The position numbers and the translations under genes are program-made. A model generated the notes under the pieces. That model was given only the letters and a program-made list of their open reading frames with translations. It made no database searches and had not been told where the DNA came from. DNA of 64,000 bases from Antedon mediterranea (taxonomy: Eukaryota > Animalia > Echinodermata): NCBI RefSeq assembly GCF_964355755.1, contig NC_092671.1, positions 8,308,001 through 8,372,000 of the forward strand. The letters run 5' to 3'. Positions 1-13,400 of this stretch are shown one piece after another (positions within the stretch are counted from its first letter, which is position 1; every line of letters starts with the position of its first letter).

Positions 1-1006
1 TTAAATATAAATGTACTCATGTATATGACAGATAGTTAGCTATATTATAAACATACAATCACAAAATGGAAAAGGAAATTAGTATCAAAATGTATTTTAA
101 TAATATCATACACCCACTAAAACAACTTTACAGTGAATACGATCTGATAAAACTTGTTAACCATACAAAACGATTTTTACAACCAACACGGATATCAGCA
201 AAAAGTAACATGAAGTAACACATGATAAAATGCAACAGGTTGATCAGAAAGGGTAACATAAATGACATGCATGCTTTACTAAGTTAAGGACTTAACACAT
301 ATATCTGTCGATCATTATTATCATCATCTTTCAGACCAAAATACATTTTTATGCAGTTACGTTTCGATGATTCTGGGGATTTTTTTAACCCTATTTTTTT
401 TTCTAATTTTTGTTTGTATGTTTTATATCTATCGGAAAATAACATTTAAAATGTTTGCACAAAAAACTTTTTCAATAAAATATATATCAGATTTATGGCC
501 ATGTTTGACAATCAGATTAATGTATAAAAACTGAATTTGACAAAAAAAAAGAAGAGGGGGGGGGGGCAGTTGATTTTAGAATGGCCTTCCTAATAGACAT
601 GGTGCCAAGATTCCCAAAGCCAAACTCAGAAGCTAAACCTATACACAAAGATAATCTGGACTATCTCAACAAATTAGCACATTTTTTTTTTATAATTGTT
701 GAAAAAAATTGTTCAAAAATAGAAATAACACAATTTTATCAGTGTCTCCTCGAAAAGATTTTCAAATAATTTCTACTTATTAGCCAGCTCAGCCTGTTGA
801 CAAACAATCCTGGTTTAGCTCACAAGTTAAACACAAATTTAATGATGATAATTCTATCAGAATATCTTGTCAAATTGTCAAAACTCTTATGTACACTAGA
901 AATGATGATAGGCAGCTACAGTTCACTAATATTATTTATATTTCAAGTACGTTGCCAATTACTGGATGGATAAACTATATCAATATCATCTCTTATAACA
1001 GACTAA

Positions 1007-1159
1007 AGCTCTGTCTAAACTATCATTGAACTGTAGATTGACAAAAAAGTATGATGTGCCCAAATATGGTAGTGATATTCCTAAAAATGGTCATCATGTC
1101 CATATATGGGCCCATCTTATTTTTGTTGTCACATAAAGTTTGATAGTGTAGACAGAGCA
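1007..1159. mobile_element. MITE family A (PIF/Harbinger-Tourist-like), copy 1
   Basis: Degenerate version of the family TIR AGCTCTGTCTACACTATCAAAC...GTTTGATAGTGTAGACAGAGCT, with the shared internal CCCAAATATGGTAGTGAT core. Confidence 0.8.
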
Positions 1160-1503
1160 TTACAGAGTGGAGTACACCCCTTACATGTAGTGCAGTAGGT
1201 AAAGGAGCACCCAGGACCTTGGGATTGGAAGACAAGCACCCAGCAGCTACTGCTTATATACTTTGTTCAATTGTGTATTTTCATTGTATAGACACTTTGT
1301 TTCTAATTGTTTTATAAATTCTGCCTTGGCAAAACTTTGGGATTCATGTAATAGTCAAAAAGTCTGATTTACCTTGATTCTTTACTAGTTTATCTTTCAA
1401 GCTGGACAGATGGTATAATCAGAACAAGTTTACTCTTCTCGGAATCTTCTTGAAGAAGCAATAAATTAAAAAACTAGTGAAAATTAATCACTTTTTTTCT
1501 TAC

Positions 1504-1585
1504 CATTTGCACGATGTGTCTTGTTGAAAAGGTTCTTTTCAAAGGCTTTCTGTTCTTTAGTTGTTGGGAAGCTATCATCATAATA
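1504..1585 (-). CDS. COPZ1: Coatomer subunit zeta, coding exon 3 ([27 protein letters not shown]); gene continues beyond window start
   Basis: TTTAG acceptor, 82 nt, G|GTAAGA phase-1 donor. Matches human COPZ1 [27 protein letters not shown]. No exon 4 was found in 1-1500. Confidence 0.95.
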
Positions 1586-1750
1586 CTAAAAAACATTATC
1601 AAAAAAGATGATAAATAAATAATAATTCAATTAAAATACATAAATGTATAAACTATCTTACTCTAGGACCCAGGAGAAGTGACAGTGTGGGATCCAAACT
1701 TTCAACCTTATGGTCAAAAACCAGAACACGCCAGCTATGTCACAGATCTA

Positions 1751-1891
1751 AGCTCTGTCTACACTATCAAACTAGTTTGACAAAAAGTATCTACCCAAAT
1801 AATGGTAGTGATATGACATCATCATGTCCATATATGGGCACATCACATTTTTTTTTGTCACATAAAGTTTGATAAACAGTTTGACAGATCA
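1751..1891. mobile_element. MITE family A, copy 2 (degenerate right end)
   Basis: Same left TIR and internal sequence as the other copies. Confidence 0.75.
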
Positions 1892-2041
1892 TTAAAAAAC
1901 CAAAAATTCTTATACGGTAAATTTTTACTCCGTATAATAATAGGATTTATTCTAAATATTATTTTCAATTTTAAATATATTTTAATAGTATTTATTAATG
2001 TTTAAAAAGTCAAACTGATGGTTTTTAGTTGTTGTGGCCAC

Positions 2042-2110
2042 CTTCGCTACTAGCCGTTCACCATCGTTGTCCAATATAGCAATTGCTTTTATAGTGTACA
2101 TTGAGGCTTC
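2042..2110 (-). CDS. COPZ1: Coatomer subunit zeta, coding exon 2 (EASMYTIKAIAILDNDGERLVAK)
   Basis: TTTTAG acceptor, 69 nt, AAG|GT donor. The translation closely matches human COPZ1 [23 protein letters not shown]. Confidence 0.95.
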
Positions 2111-2388
2111 CTAAAAATAAAAGGAAGAAAAATAAGAACAATTACATAAAAGCAAAATACTAATTTTTTGCATAAAAAATGACAAACAAAAGATAAACTT
2201 TATTGTATCATTCATAATGCTTTTAATACTGTAATAATGCAAATACATACTGTACATCATACAGTTTATTAAATACACTAATATTATATCATATTTGCAT
2301 TCATTCATGCAATCAAAGTTAGAACATTTTTATTATCATTATGATTAGATTTAAAACAGTCTATTTCAATGTTGCATGCCTTTAGTAA

Positions 2389-2532
2389 AGCTCTGTCTAC
2401 ACTATCAAACTAGTTTGACAAAAAAAGTGTGTTGTGCCCAAATATGGTAGTGGTATGACATCATCATGTCCATATATACAGTAGGCACATCACATTTTTT
2501 TTGTCACAAAGTTTGATAGTGTAGACAAGGCT
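2389..2532. mobile_element. MITE family A, copy 3
   Basis: Both TIRs present; flanked by TAA on both sides (3-bp TSD). Confidence 0.85.
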
Positions 2533-3797
2533 TAATAGGACAAAGTATGAAAAGTATTGTCTTTTTTACAATCTTTAATGTACACATTTACATAGCATAC
2601 TTTAAACTTTATTATTTTTTCTTTTTGCCTTTTTCCAGAGAGAAGAGGATGGTCCTATGTATTTGATAGATAAATAAACAAAGTTGAATTGAATTTGAAT
2701 GTTAAAAGAATACAAAATGGGAAAGTTGTAAGATGTTTTTTTTTAAATTTGTGATTCAAAAATTACTTATTTTCATACACATTTTGTAAAGAACTGTGGT
2801 AAAATGATTGTATCATTTTATTTACTAGATATTTATTCCAGACAGTCCAGACACAATAGTATTAAAAAAAATAAATAAAATCAGGTGTTCTTAAATTTTA
2901 AATTCTATAATGAAACATGGAAATATAATTTATTTTTATAGCATAAATTTTACTATTTAAATATACTTCATAAATCATTTTAAAAGGAAATAGGCCTATA
3001 CCTAAATCATAAATAAGATTATGTTTTTGAACTTTTCAAGAACTAAAAACTGTGAAAACTTGGAAAAAACAAGATCGAAAATGCGATTGAAAATTACTGA
3101 CTCATGATATTTTGTCAATCAAAAGGCAACACACAAGTTTACACACAGCAGGTGTCGGAGTGTATCTAATTGGTATGGTCACCCAACTATTACAACATTC
3201 TCACTAAAGTGCCGTAAGAATCCTGGATTACAAGTTAGCGCTTCCGGCATGCATTGCAATGGGATAGGCCATGCCACTCACATGGAGATTTCTATCATGC
3301 CCATGTTGAAGTAGATAATACCCTAGAAAATTAGGTTTTTTTCAATGCAAAAAATTATGGATTACTTTCAAACACTTTTTTAAAAAATTGTGTGATTTAT
3401 TAATTAGCATTAAAATAGTAAACCAACTACAGTAACAATCATTAATTAGTATGTTTTAAAGTTTATATCAATTCATTAAATTGTGGTGGTATTAAAGGAC
3501 GTTAATTAAATATTAGTGCTACTGATCATTGTAATAATATTTATTTATTTCAAAATATTAAACAAAAAACATTTGTCCATGCAATATACAAAGAAAACGG
3601 AATATGGTGGAAAGTAGTAAATGTGGCAGAAGGAAAAGAATATAAAGATTAGAATGAAGGGACTGGTACTGGTACTGGTTCAAATAACCGTCTCACAGAG
3701 ACATCTGGTAGCCATTGACTTGAAGTTGGCATTTGGATGTGTTACTTTTAAATGTAGGCCTACAGTATGAGAGTGACTACTACCAAATGTGGAATGT

Positions 3798-3995
3798 GGA
3801 GGAAAGGATGGTATATGGAGGAAAGGATGGTATATGGAGGAAAGGATGGTATATGGAGGAAAGGATGGTATATGGAGGAAGGATGGTATATGGAGGAAAG
3901 AATGATATATGGAGGAAAGGATGGTATATGGAGGAAAGGATGGTATATGGAGGAAGGATGGTATATGGAGGAAAGGATGGTATATGGAGGAAGGG
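3798..3995. repeat. 19-bp minisatellite (GGAGGAAAGGATGGTATAT), about 10 copies
   Basis: Direct tandem units, two of which are 18-bp variants. Explains ORFs 3733 and 3767. Confidence 0.95.
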
Positions 3996-4987
3996 ATAAA
4001 CTGTAGATGAAGGAATGAAGGAGGGATGTGGTGTGACTTTGGAATAAGAAGATGGTGTGTGAAAAAAGAAATTAACTATTATTAATGCAAAACTAAATAA
4101 AAATGTGATTCATATATAAAAGTATCATTCAAATCATGCAAGGAAGGTAGCTTGGTAGGGAGTAAGATGCAAGCAAACTAAATCGGGAGAAAAAAAATGT
4201 GAAAACTGCTTACAAACAACGCAGGATCCTGTCAAAAAAACATAAAGTGAACAAAACAGATAAAAAATGTATCAATAAGGGAATTGAATCATCAAAAAGT
4301 GATAGGTGACATACCAATGATGGGTTCATTAAAGTGACATTAACTTAGTTTCTCAATGAATTTTACTAAATTCATGTTGAAAATGAAACTTTGATGATGA
4401 TCTAATTTTATGATGACAATTTTATTTCATGTCATGTCAAAAATAACCTTTTATTTTAAAAATAAAATGCTGTATTCTTCAATAATTTTCATTTGAAAAT
4501 ATACACTTTTATTTTTAAATATAGTGCAGTGTAATAAATACATAATAATATATTAATTCTAAAAAATGTTGTATTTTGGAATTGAAAGTTTTATATTGCA
4601 TTGTATAATTTCTGTAAATGTTTAAAAATTAAAAATATGATATTGCAAACAAAGGAAGTAAACTGTGAGGGAGAGAAACAAAAGGAAGCATAGTGAAAGA
4701 AGGAAGATGAGATCATCAAACCACAGCTCAAATTATCAACTTTATATTACTGTACTTTAAAAATACTACAGTATAGTTGGACATACTGTACAACATTTTA
4801 CAAAAATAGCACCCTCTATAGAAAGTAGTACGTATTCTTGCACTCCTACAGTACATTTTGTTACTTGAAATTGTAAAAACTAATAATACTGTTTAACATT
4901 TCATTAATTAATAATAGAAAAGTTTTATTTAAAAGATTTTTTAAAAGTGCCGTTTAAAGTAACCCTGGTTAAATAAACACATTCTAA

Positions 4988-5175
4988 AGGTCTGTCTACA
5001 CTATCAAACTAGTGTGATATGCCCAAATATGGTAGTGATGTGCCCAAATATGGTAGTGATGTGCCCAAATATGGTAGTGATATGCCCAATATGGTGGTGA
5101 TATGACATCATCATGTCCATATATGGGCACATCACATTTTTTTGTCACATAAAGTGTAATAGTGTAGACACAGCT
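4988..5175. mobile_element. MITE family A, copy 4 with expanded internal 21-bp repeat
   Basis: TIRs, TAA TSD, and four tandem GAT(G/A)TGCCCAAATATGGTAGT-like units. Confidence 0.85.
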
Positions 5176-8145
5176 TAAACAAGACAATATTGTACTGATG
5201 TTTATAGAAAAGACACCACCTACACTTGACTCAACTACTAACTGACAAAACATAATTTAAAAAATGTTATATGGTATTTATTAACTATTTTAAAGTTGAT
5301 ACTTTACAAACACTTTTCAGAATGTACAGAATGGTTTTGAATATTTTAGCATTTAGGGTACGGCTGCTGTATTCAGAATTTTTTAAAATGTTGTTAAAAC
5401 ATATGGTATTTATTAACTATTCTTAGAAAAAAAAAGTAAAAAGGGAGTTTAAATTTATGGCAAATTGTCAATCACTTTGTAATATTGAGTCAAGTTGGCG
5501 CCAAAGACAAAAAAGAACTTAAAACTTTCTTTTCTAAAACCATGCTATGGTGTCAATTTTTTAATCAATTTGTGTCCATATACTGTAGTTCTCATCTACA
5601 AGCTTCGTAAACGCACAGTACAGTATAATGAATAGCCAAATAGGTATATTGGAAATATTTTAGTTTTATTTAACATTTAAAAATTATTCTTTTGATAACT
5701 TACAAATTTACTTTGGGTTGATGTTTTTTCCATACAATTTTATATTTATTTGGTTTGGTATTTTTGTTTTATAATTTTTTTTAAGGTTTTGTTATAAACC
5801 AGGCTTTAAAATCTCATGCGTTGCAAAAATTGCATCGCCTTAAGTAATAACTATTGTATCAAAATTAATAATACTGTATACAGTATAACTTTAAAATCAA
5901 TACTCAATATTTGTTGTGTTTGTAAACTTGTCTGTAAAAAAATATTTTTAGAACCTGGACAAAAAACTTAAGGCTTAGGGTTAATTATTTTAAACAAAAG
6001 AATTTTCAATGTGTTGTTGCCAAAAAACAAAAGATACTTTCTCTATTGTTTAACAGGTGAAAATTAAATCAAACAAAACCTGCGTTACTATGGCAATAAG
6101 GCACAGGATAGGAGGACATACCCCTGGGGGATTACAAGGCATGGGGACGTTTTCTTCAAAAATCCTTGACATTCTAAAATTGTATATACCCCAAGGAAAT
6201 TGCTGACCATCTACCAGACCAGAATTAATGTTTCCTGAACGTGAGACAGCAAATTTTTTCAAACTTTTCCTGGATTTGGACAATTTTGAACATTTCCTTT
6301 CAGATAAAACTGATATTGGATAGAGGAAAGCAAATATAGTGTGATTGAAAATGTCACACCACAGTGTACTGTACAAGGCTTATTGACACATTAGCAGAAA
6401 TCAAACAGACCAGCACTATTTCAGCAGTGTGAGATTCATGCTCTTGGCCATGAAAACATGCTACCCAAAAGGGCTAAATCAGAACTACTTTAATGCTCTA
6501 AAGGAAAATACAATGTTACCCAAGAGTCCAAAAATGTCAATATTGTACTTAAACTTGATTGAAGATGACATGATAGGACAATGAATCTACGATCTCTGTG
6601 GAACACAGCAGCTCACAGAACCTAATATTTTGCACTGAGGCACCCAAAATTTACAATCCTCATCTTTTGAACATAGGAATACTAGTACATTCTATGTGCA
6701 TGTACTGTCTAAATTGTCTTCATATACTGTAGGCAAACCATTCAACATAAATTCTGGCCAAAAAGCCAATTTATGATTTTCAACCAATAAACATAACAGG
6801 CCAAAAAAACCTAAGTTTTAAAAGGATGTTGAAGAATAAACTTCTGCCAGCCTAAGGCAGTAAACTAAAAACCGCCAACTAAAAAACTAATTTTACACTA
6901 GAGACATACTGTACGCTTATCTTCACATCCAATGAGGTATTATAACTAGTAAATTAACTCTTTGCCATAAACATAGACTTTCATACATCGACACTAAAAT
7001 GTTTGAAGCAAAATCTGGCGACAAAAATCTTCAATTAAAAAAAAATTACAGAAACATTTTGACGATTTAGTGAATGTTAATTGAAAGGTGTTTTTTGCAC
7101 TAAAATATTTAATAAAGGAAGCGAAATAATTTAGATTAAAATTTACAAAAGGAAGTAACGGAGAAAGCTTTGGACGGTTGTCTCGTGGGAAAGTCTAAAA
7201 TGTCAAACGTGGAGACCAATTTATAACATATTTGGTGTGTCTATTATTATTCTTCATGAGTAAACTTTGTTTTCACACTTTGCTAGATGCTCATAATTAA
7301 AACTGATAGTAAATTTGTATTCAATTTAAACCTTACATTCATTTATTAGTGGAAATATTATTATTCCAAATATTTCTAAATATAATTTATAGTTTATGCG
7401 GAATTTATGTACGCATTTATGTACGACTACTGCTATGCAGAACTTCAAAAATATAATTTAGGGGATGGGCTGGGTCTTGCAAAATTAATTCAAATGAGCA
7501 CTGCTCTATGATGTTACAACAAAACAATTACTTTACTGTACAGTATAAGTTTGTTGGAGTTTTTTCATATAAAATAGAATAAGTTAAAGAAAAAACAAAT
7601 ATGGAGAACATTACTACGTCATGGAACAGAAGGTATCCTAGGAAGTCTACTGAAATCTTTTTGAAAGGTGACAGAAGCGATTTTAATCTAAACCATTTTT
7701 AAAACTTAATTCCAGAAATGCATGTCTAGACTTCACTCAAGGTCGTAATTGACGAGCCATCCTTTTGTCTTTACGCTATTTTACAATTTAATGCATGATT
7801 TATCAAAGTTAGAATGTATTAAATACCTTTTTAGCATTAATTTATTGAATATAGTAGGTTAAAGGAGATTGCAATTAAAATATCATCCGGTAAGAAGACC
7901 GTGTCACTGTTATTATGGAAGTACTATGTCAGAGTAAGCGGCCCAGCTGAAGCGCCCTATTGCTTCTGACTGTACATACAGTAATGAACAGTGGGAATCC
8001 ATAAGAACAACACTATTGGATGTCCATGATGAAAATACACACATTCACACAATATTATAGTATATTTGATTAAATTTCTTAAAAATATGTTAACTATGTA
8101 CAATAAAATGTAATTATAATCTATTGAAGCTTAACAGGAAATTTA

Positions 8146-8502
8146 AATTAGGCCCTCTATGGACACACGGCAGTCAGTACTGGAGCACCGAAAATTAATA
8201 TTTTTAAAAACTGATTGATATTAATATTTTTAAAAACAATTGATAACGAGTTAGTATGTAACTATTAAACAATACAATTCATTTTCAACACAGTACCTCA
8301 TGTCATACGAAGTAAAGTGCAAAGAATTAGGTCCTCTACGGACCCACGGCAGTCGGTATTGGCGCACCAAAAATTAATATTTTAAAAAACTGGGACTTGT
8401 ACAATTGATGACGAATTATTAGGTAACTACAACTACAACTGTATTATTAATACAATTATTTTTCAACACTGTACCTTGTGTCATACAAAGTACAGTGCAG
8501 AA
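8146..8502. repeat. Diverged tandem duplication of about 180 bp
   Basis: AATTAGGCCCTCTATGGACACACGGCAGTCAG... repeated as AATTAGGTCCTCTACGGACCCACGGCAGTCGG... Confidence 0.85.
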
Positions 8503-9247
8503 AATTGCCAACTTTATTGAAAGAATTAAAAATAAGATGACAACGCATTTTTCTACGATACATTTTTAAAATGGTGGGAATTTATATCTTTAATAATAAA
8601 AATCAATGATGCAAAATAAAGACAATTATAAAGCATTTAAAACAACCTTCTTGGTAATGACAAAGCACATATCACATTTAGTTTTGACTTAATTCACACC
8701 AATATAATTATTTAATTACTCAAGGTCAGTTTGAACATGCAATTTACATCAACAAAAACAATAAAACTTAATCTTCAAAAATTGAAGACCTTCTATACAT
8801 GCAATCAATTTCCTTGTTGACACATTATTTGGACACGAAGAGAAATCATCAAAAAATTGAAGTCCGTTCCGTCACATGAAATTGATTTAAGCAAGTAATA
8901 CATAGCAACTGCTAATACAGGACATTCTCGTTAAAGAAAATGACCCGCAGAAAAGTGCATTCAATGTTACAGGTCAAAGTTTGGTGGGAACTATTGGTGA
9001 TTGTCTGAGGGGAAGTGTGCATGATGACCAATATGTTTAAAGATGTACCTTTTTCAATACTTATACTAATTTAAACTCCTTTGAATGAGAAATAAGGTAG
9101 TTCTTTAAGCTCAATTACCCAGTTTAATTATTAGTCCAGTGTACACATTACAAGAGGCTTGATGCAGCTATACACACACTTTACTTAACTTACATTTTTT
9201 TGCTGAAAATTTTTTGCACTGAATAAAACTTGCAGAATGAACCTTTA

Positions 9248-9388
9248 ATGCTTGGTTCCCACAAGACGTAAACACAGCGCAAATGTGTTGACCAATGACA
9301 AGCGACAGTTTGAATAATCCATCGCTTGTGATTGGGAAACTCACTTACGTTGTGTCCTTGTGTTGTGTCTCGAGTGGGAACCAAGCAT
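9248..9388. mobile_element. MITE family B (palindromic, CCAAT-containing)
   Basis: Perfect 15-bp TIR ATGCTTGGTTCCCAC / GTGGGAACCAAGCAT flanked by TA; core GACCAATGACAAGCGACAGTTTGAATAATCCATCGCTTGTGATTGG. Confidence 0.8.
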
Positions 9389-10404
9389 TAGATTTGAATC
9401 AAACAAAGTATTTTGATTATAATATTATACTGTACCTACTAATTCTAATCCAACATTAAGTACGCAATTTTATCAGCCTAAATGCATTTTAAAAATATCC
9501 CAATCTAGTAAAGAAGTTGAGCAGGAAAAGGAAGTCATTGAGAATGGTCTCAACTAACTTGACATTTAAAATCCTAGTTTAGAGTTTGAAAACACCACGA
9601 ATTGATTGTTAATTTGATGAAGTAAGACAATTTATAATCAATTTTACATCTTTAGTCAAAAGCAATTAGAAGTTTTTCACAACCTATGAATTTAAACGAT
9701 ATTGAAATTATACATTTATTATGTATTTCTATGCTAAATAATAATAGTTTTATAGTTATATATATTATATACAGGGCATAGTATGGACTATGTTTCAGTC
9801 CAAGGTGCCAGTAGATTTTAATCTCCTTTATATAATAATACAGCAGGCCCTTTATGTAGGCTAACTAAACAGATACATCTGGTCTAGCTAGGCCTAGTCT
9901 AGATAGCTACAATGTCAGTATAGGTAACTTATAGTAGCCCTAGTGGTCTAAGATACCGGATTGTGGATAGTCTTGATTGAATTTACTTTAAATTATTAAT
10001 TATTCCAAATTCTCATAAAAATATACACATACCCTGTAGATAAGCCATTATTGGCTATGGTAACAAATACAAGACATCAATAACAGAGAGAAAAATAGCA
10101 TAACCCTTTAAACTATGAAAACGTTTAAAGACAACATCAGAAAAATCCTAGGCCAAATCATACCCTTACGTGGCCACATTTAGGGTTACCGTAACGACAT
10201 TTGCACGGCGAGTTTAATCAGATAAACTGAGAGATTACAGGCCTGGAGCAGAAAAGACCAGTTTTGCAAAAGAAATTACATAGTAAGCTATAACGAAATA
10301 TATAGATAGTAGATATAAAATTTAAAAGTGGAAATAGTTATGCCTTAGTTTATGAGATGTGATGTAATGTGTTATTTTATACGATTTTTTATCACCGATT
10401 TTAC

Positions 10405-10422
10405 CTGAATGGGCGCATCCAT
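10405..10422 (-). CDS. COPZ1: Coatomer subunit zeta (zeta-COP), coding exon 1 (MDAPIQ)
   Basis: Minus strand reads AACCAAC ATG GAT GCG CCC ATT CAG|GTAAAA, a 6-codon exon with a phase-0 donor. It matches the 6-residue first exon of vertebrate COPZ1 (MEALIL) and joins in frame to exon 2042-2110. Confidence 0.75.
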
Positions 10423-13400
10423 GTTGGTTCTTGCTACGTGGAGTTGTTATTGTGCCGTTAGAGGGCGTCTTCCAAATATGAGCCTTGGGAAGAAAAACAA
10501 GAGAACATTTTCAAAAGCAAACATTAGTTCATGACATTAATATAATTTGTTTTTATCAGTTATAACTATTGTATAGTTATTATATTTTGCTACAAAATTA
10601 AAAAATAATATTCTACGCTCAAGTCGGGACTATCATCGGATGTCCTTCTTTCCCAGAACGTCAAGAGATTGGAACATCCAGCAGAATCAACTGTAAAGGC
10701 ACCAACTTTTAAATCATTTAAGGGGTTCTTTATGAAAACTAACTCACTCGCACCACATCCCACCAAAGTGCTATAGTCTTCAAGTCTGAAGTTTGCACTA
10801 AATTGGAAGAAGAAGAAGAAGAAAGTAATATTGAATATAAAAACCAATCCTGATGATAAGAACAGACTAACTCAGATATTAGTTCTAGCAGTGCTTACAG
10901 AGGTTAGGTTTGCTTGTCAATTTCTATCAATTTCTATCATTTTAATTTCTTTAAATGCCTTAGTTCGACCAAGAATGAATACATACATCATTTCTTCAGC
11001 AAAAATAGTTAAAATAAAGTTTATAAACAACAACAAACTAATTCAGAATTCCTGGGGCTACTACAATTTTTGTCAAATTAAAATGTATTCGTCGACATTT
11101 TAGATGGGATTTTAGTTAGGTCCATAAATGCTTATAAACTACTCAAATGTTTATTGCTATAATATTTTTAATTAATTTAATAATTTTACGACGGGAATAA
11201 ATAAATAACAAACGGGAAGGTAGTTGAAACTTATAGAGGATGTTTAGGCTGTCTTTCTAGCGACTAGGGACCACAACCACACATTTTACAGCGGATGTGT
11301 CAAGGCGTGAACCCCTCCGAATTGTACGTTTTAATGAGACGTGATTATATCGTTTACATTGCAAGCACTGTATTTTCCTGCATGGACTTCACCTCAACGG
11401 GGGTGTTCGACAAATAAAATATAACATATGTTTAGGCCAGATATTTGAGAGGAATTTCCATCATTGAGAAGGACAATTTGATGGTCAATTTGTCCGAAGC
11501 CGGTTGTTAGATAATAGGCCTAGTCGTAGAAAGGCTTCCTAACGGAAAATGACAATACAGTCATTAATAATAGACCTAATATAATATATAATATTACGGT
11601 GTTGGTTAATATCGGTAACAAAAACAACTTGAATAGACAGGGTGGGGATTGGGTTCGGCGGAGGTCGGTGTCGCAGACGAATTTAGTTCTTCTCCCCCTG
11701 TCTGTTAATGTTAGGCCTACGTGTTGTTAAGATTTTAAAACTGTTATTTTAGCACAGATTCGTCACAAAGGAACCGAAATCAATAACATAATATATGTCG
11801 ACGGTCGCGCGCTATTAAAATTAGACCCAATTAACCCTTTTTGTGACATCGGTACAAGTAAAAATATCCCGTAAGTACTGGAGATGAGAATTGTGTCTTT
11901 TTTGCATTAAATTTAAGCATTTGACCTAATTAATACGCCTATCATAACGTATAAACACTGATACTGTTAAAATCCTTTAAACACGCCAAAGTATGGGATA
12001 TGATGGAGAACGACGACATATTGGAAGTTGTGGTAGGCCTACATTAGTCAATATGCATACCACTGGCACCAAAACCATTCCGATGAGCAATAAGTAGGCT
12101 ACAGTCCGTAAGTAACTTAACATGTTGAATATAATTATTTTAGGGTAGTTTTTTGTGTGATCTAATTAATTTGTCATTCTTTAAATATTTTTTTTTAATC
12201 GAATGATTCTCGTTTTTAGAGAAAAATGTTAGGGTCTAACGTTTATGACTTAGAGTATTAAGTCAAACAAACAAAATAAAGAAATGTGCTAACCGTCACA
12301 CCCACCCATTTGTCGGTTTCTCTCCATCTTAGTATAGTAGTAGTATGGTACGGTAGTATTTATTTATTTATTTATTATTTGTTCATTCTTTAGACTGAAA
12401 TACACTTTCAATACAAATGTACTGATTTCCAAAGTGGTTCAGTAAACATATTTACAACAAAAATAAAATATAAAAGAAAAACAAAAAGTATCCACCTAGT
12501 TTATTTATATTTTAAATGTGATAAAAAAAGTTCACTGTGACTGTAAATGGTGAGAACTAGCCTTAAAAATAGCCAAAATGTGTTTAGTACAGAATATAAT
12601 TTAGGATATATAAATTTGATAAAACTGGGTGAGAAAATAGAGTACTTAATCAGGACCCCCACGCCCATGACGTAAGTTTACACGTCACAAACTTTATAAT
12701 TGCCGTTAAGGCCACGCCTAACTGAAGATACAGTCCATCTGTGCCAGAGAGAAAGATTAGAGTTTAACAATAACTTACCGACGTTTATTTAATTTGATTT
12801 AAACTTTAAAACTTCAATAGTCGAATAATGAAGGCAAAATAAGGAATTTAGGAAAAGATGGTATGGGCTCAGCGAAAGTGTGAAAACTTGATCGAATTAA
12901 TTAAGACAAATCAAAGAGCTTAGGAAATTGCGGATTGTCCGTCTAGTCGTCGTTGAGCGATAAGGTCTTTCATAAAAGCGGTAACATTTTAAATAGTGAT
13001 AGATTGTAACATTTTGGGCGGGAAAATAGGTCTTGACCGACATCATTGACCTAGATCGATAACAAGACAGACATCGAAACCAAAACACTTTTTACCAAAG
13101 CTTAAATAATAAGGCTATGTGTGACGTAATTTTGAAGAAATAGAGTAAGGGTGGGAACTGAAAGAAAGAAAAAGAAAGAAAAGAAAACCAATCACCCATG
13201 ATCATGGATTCTTTCCTGGTCACATCGATTGACTTGCCCTGTTATGTAAATTAACATTCTCCTTTTTTATAGGAAATAATGTCAATTTTATACACAACAT
13301 TATTGAATAGAAGTGCAATAGAACACGTCCTTTAGGAAACCCCCATTCAGATATTCAGAGGAGGACACTTCTATTAAGAAGGCGAATGATCAATTGTTTT

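Noticed and set aside
1372-1460. Possible COPZ exon 4 (minus-strand donor-like AAG|GTAAAT)
   Set aside because: The translation does not resemble the expected EIALLEGLTVVYKSSIDL segment; exon 4 probably lies outside the window.
3733-4006. Repetitive ORFs (WRKGWYMEE...)
   Set aside because: They are translations of a 19-bp minisatellite within COPZ intron 1.
6590-6645. miR-148/152-like words (TCAGTGCA and AGGTTCTGTGA on the minus strand) in COPZ intron 1; vertebrate COPZ genes host miR-148b/152
   Set aside because: The two words are in the wrong order for the precursor and do not form a pre-miRNA hairpin; most likely chance.
10590-11103. ORFs next to the COPZ promoter
   Set aside because: No recognisable homology or convincing splice signals; low-complexity composition.
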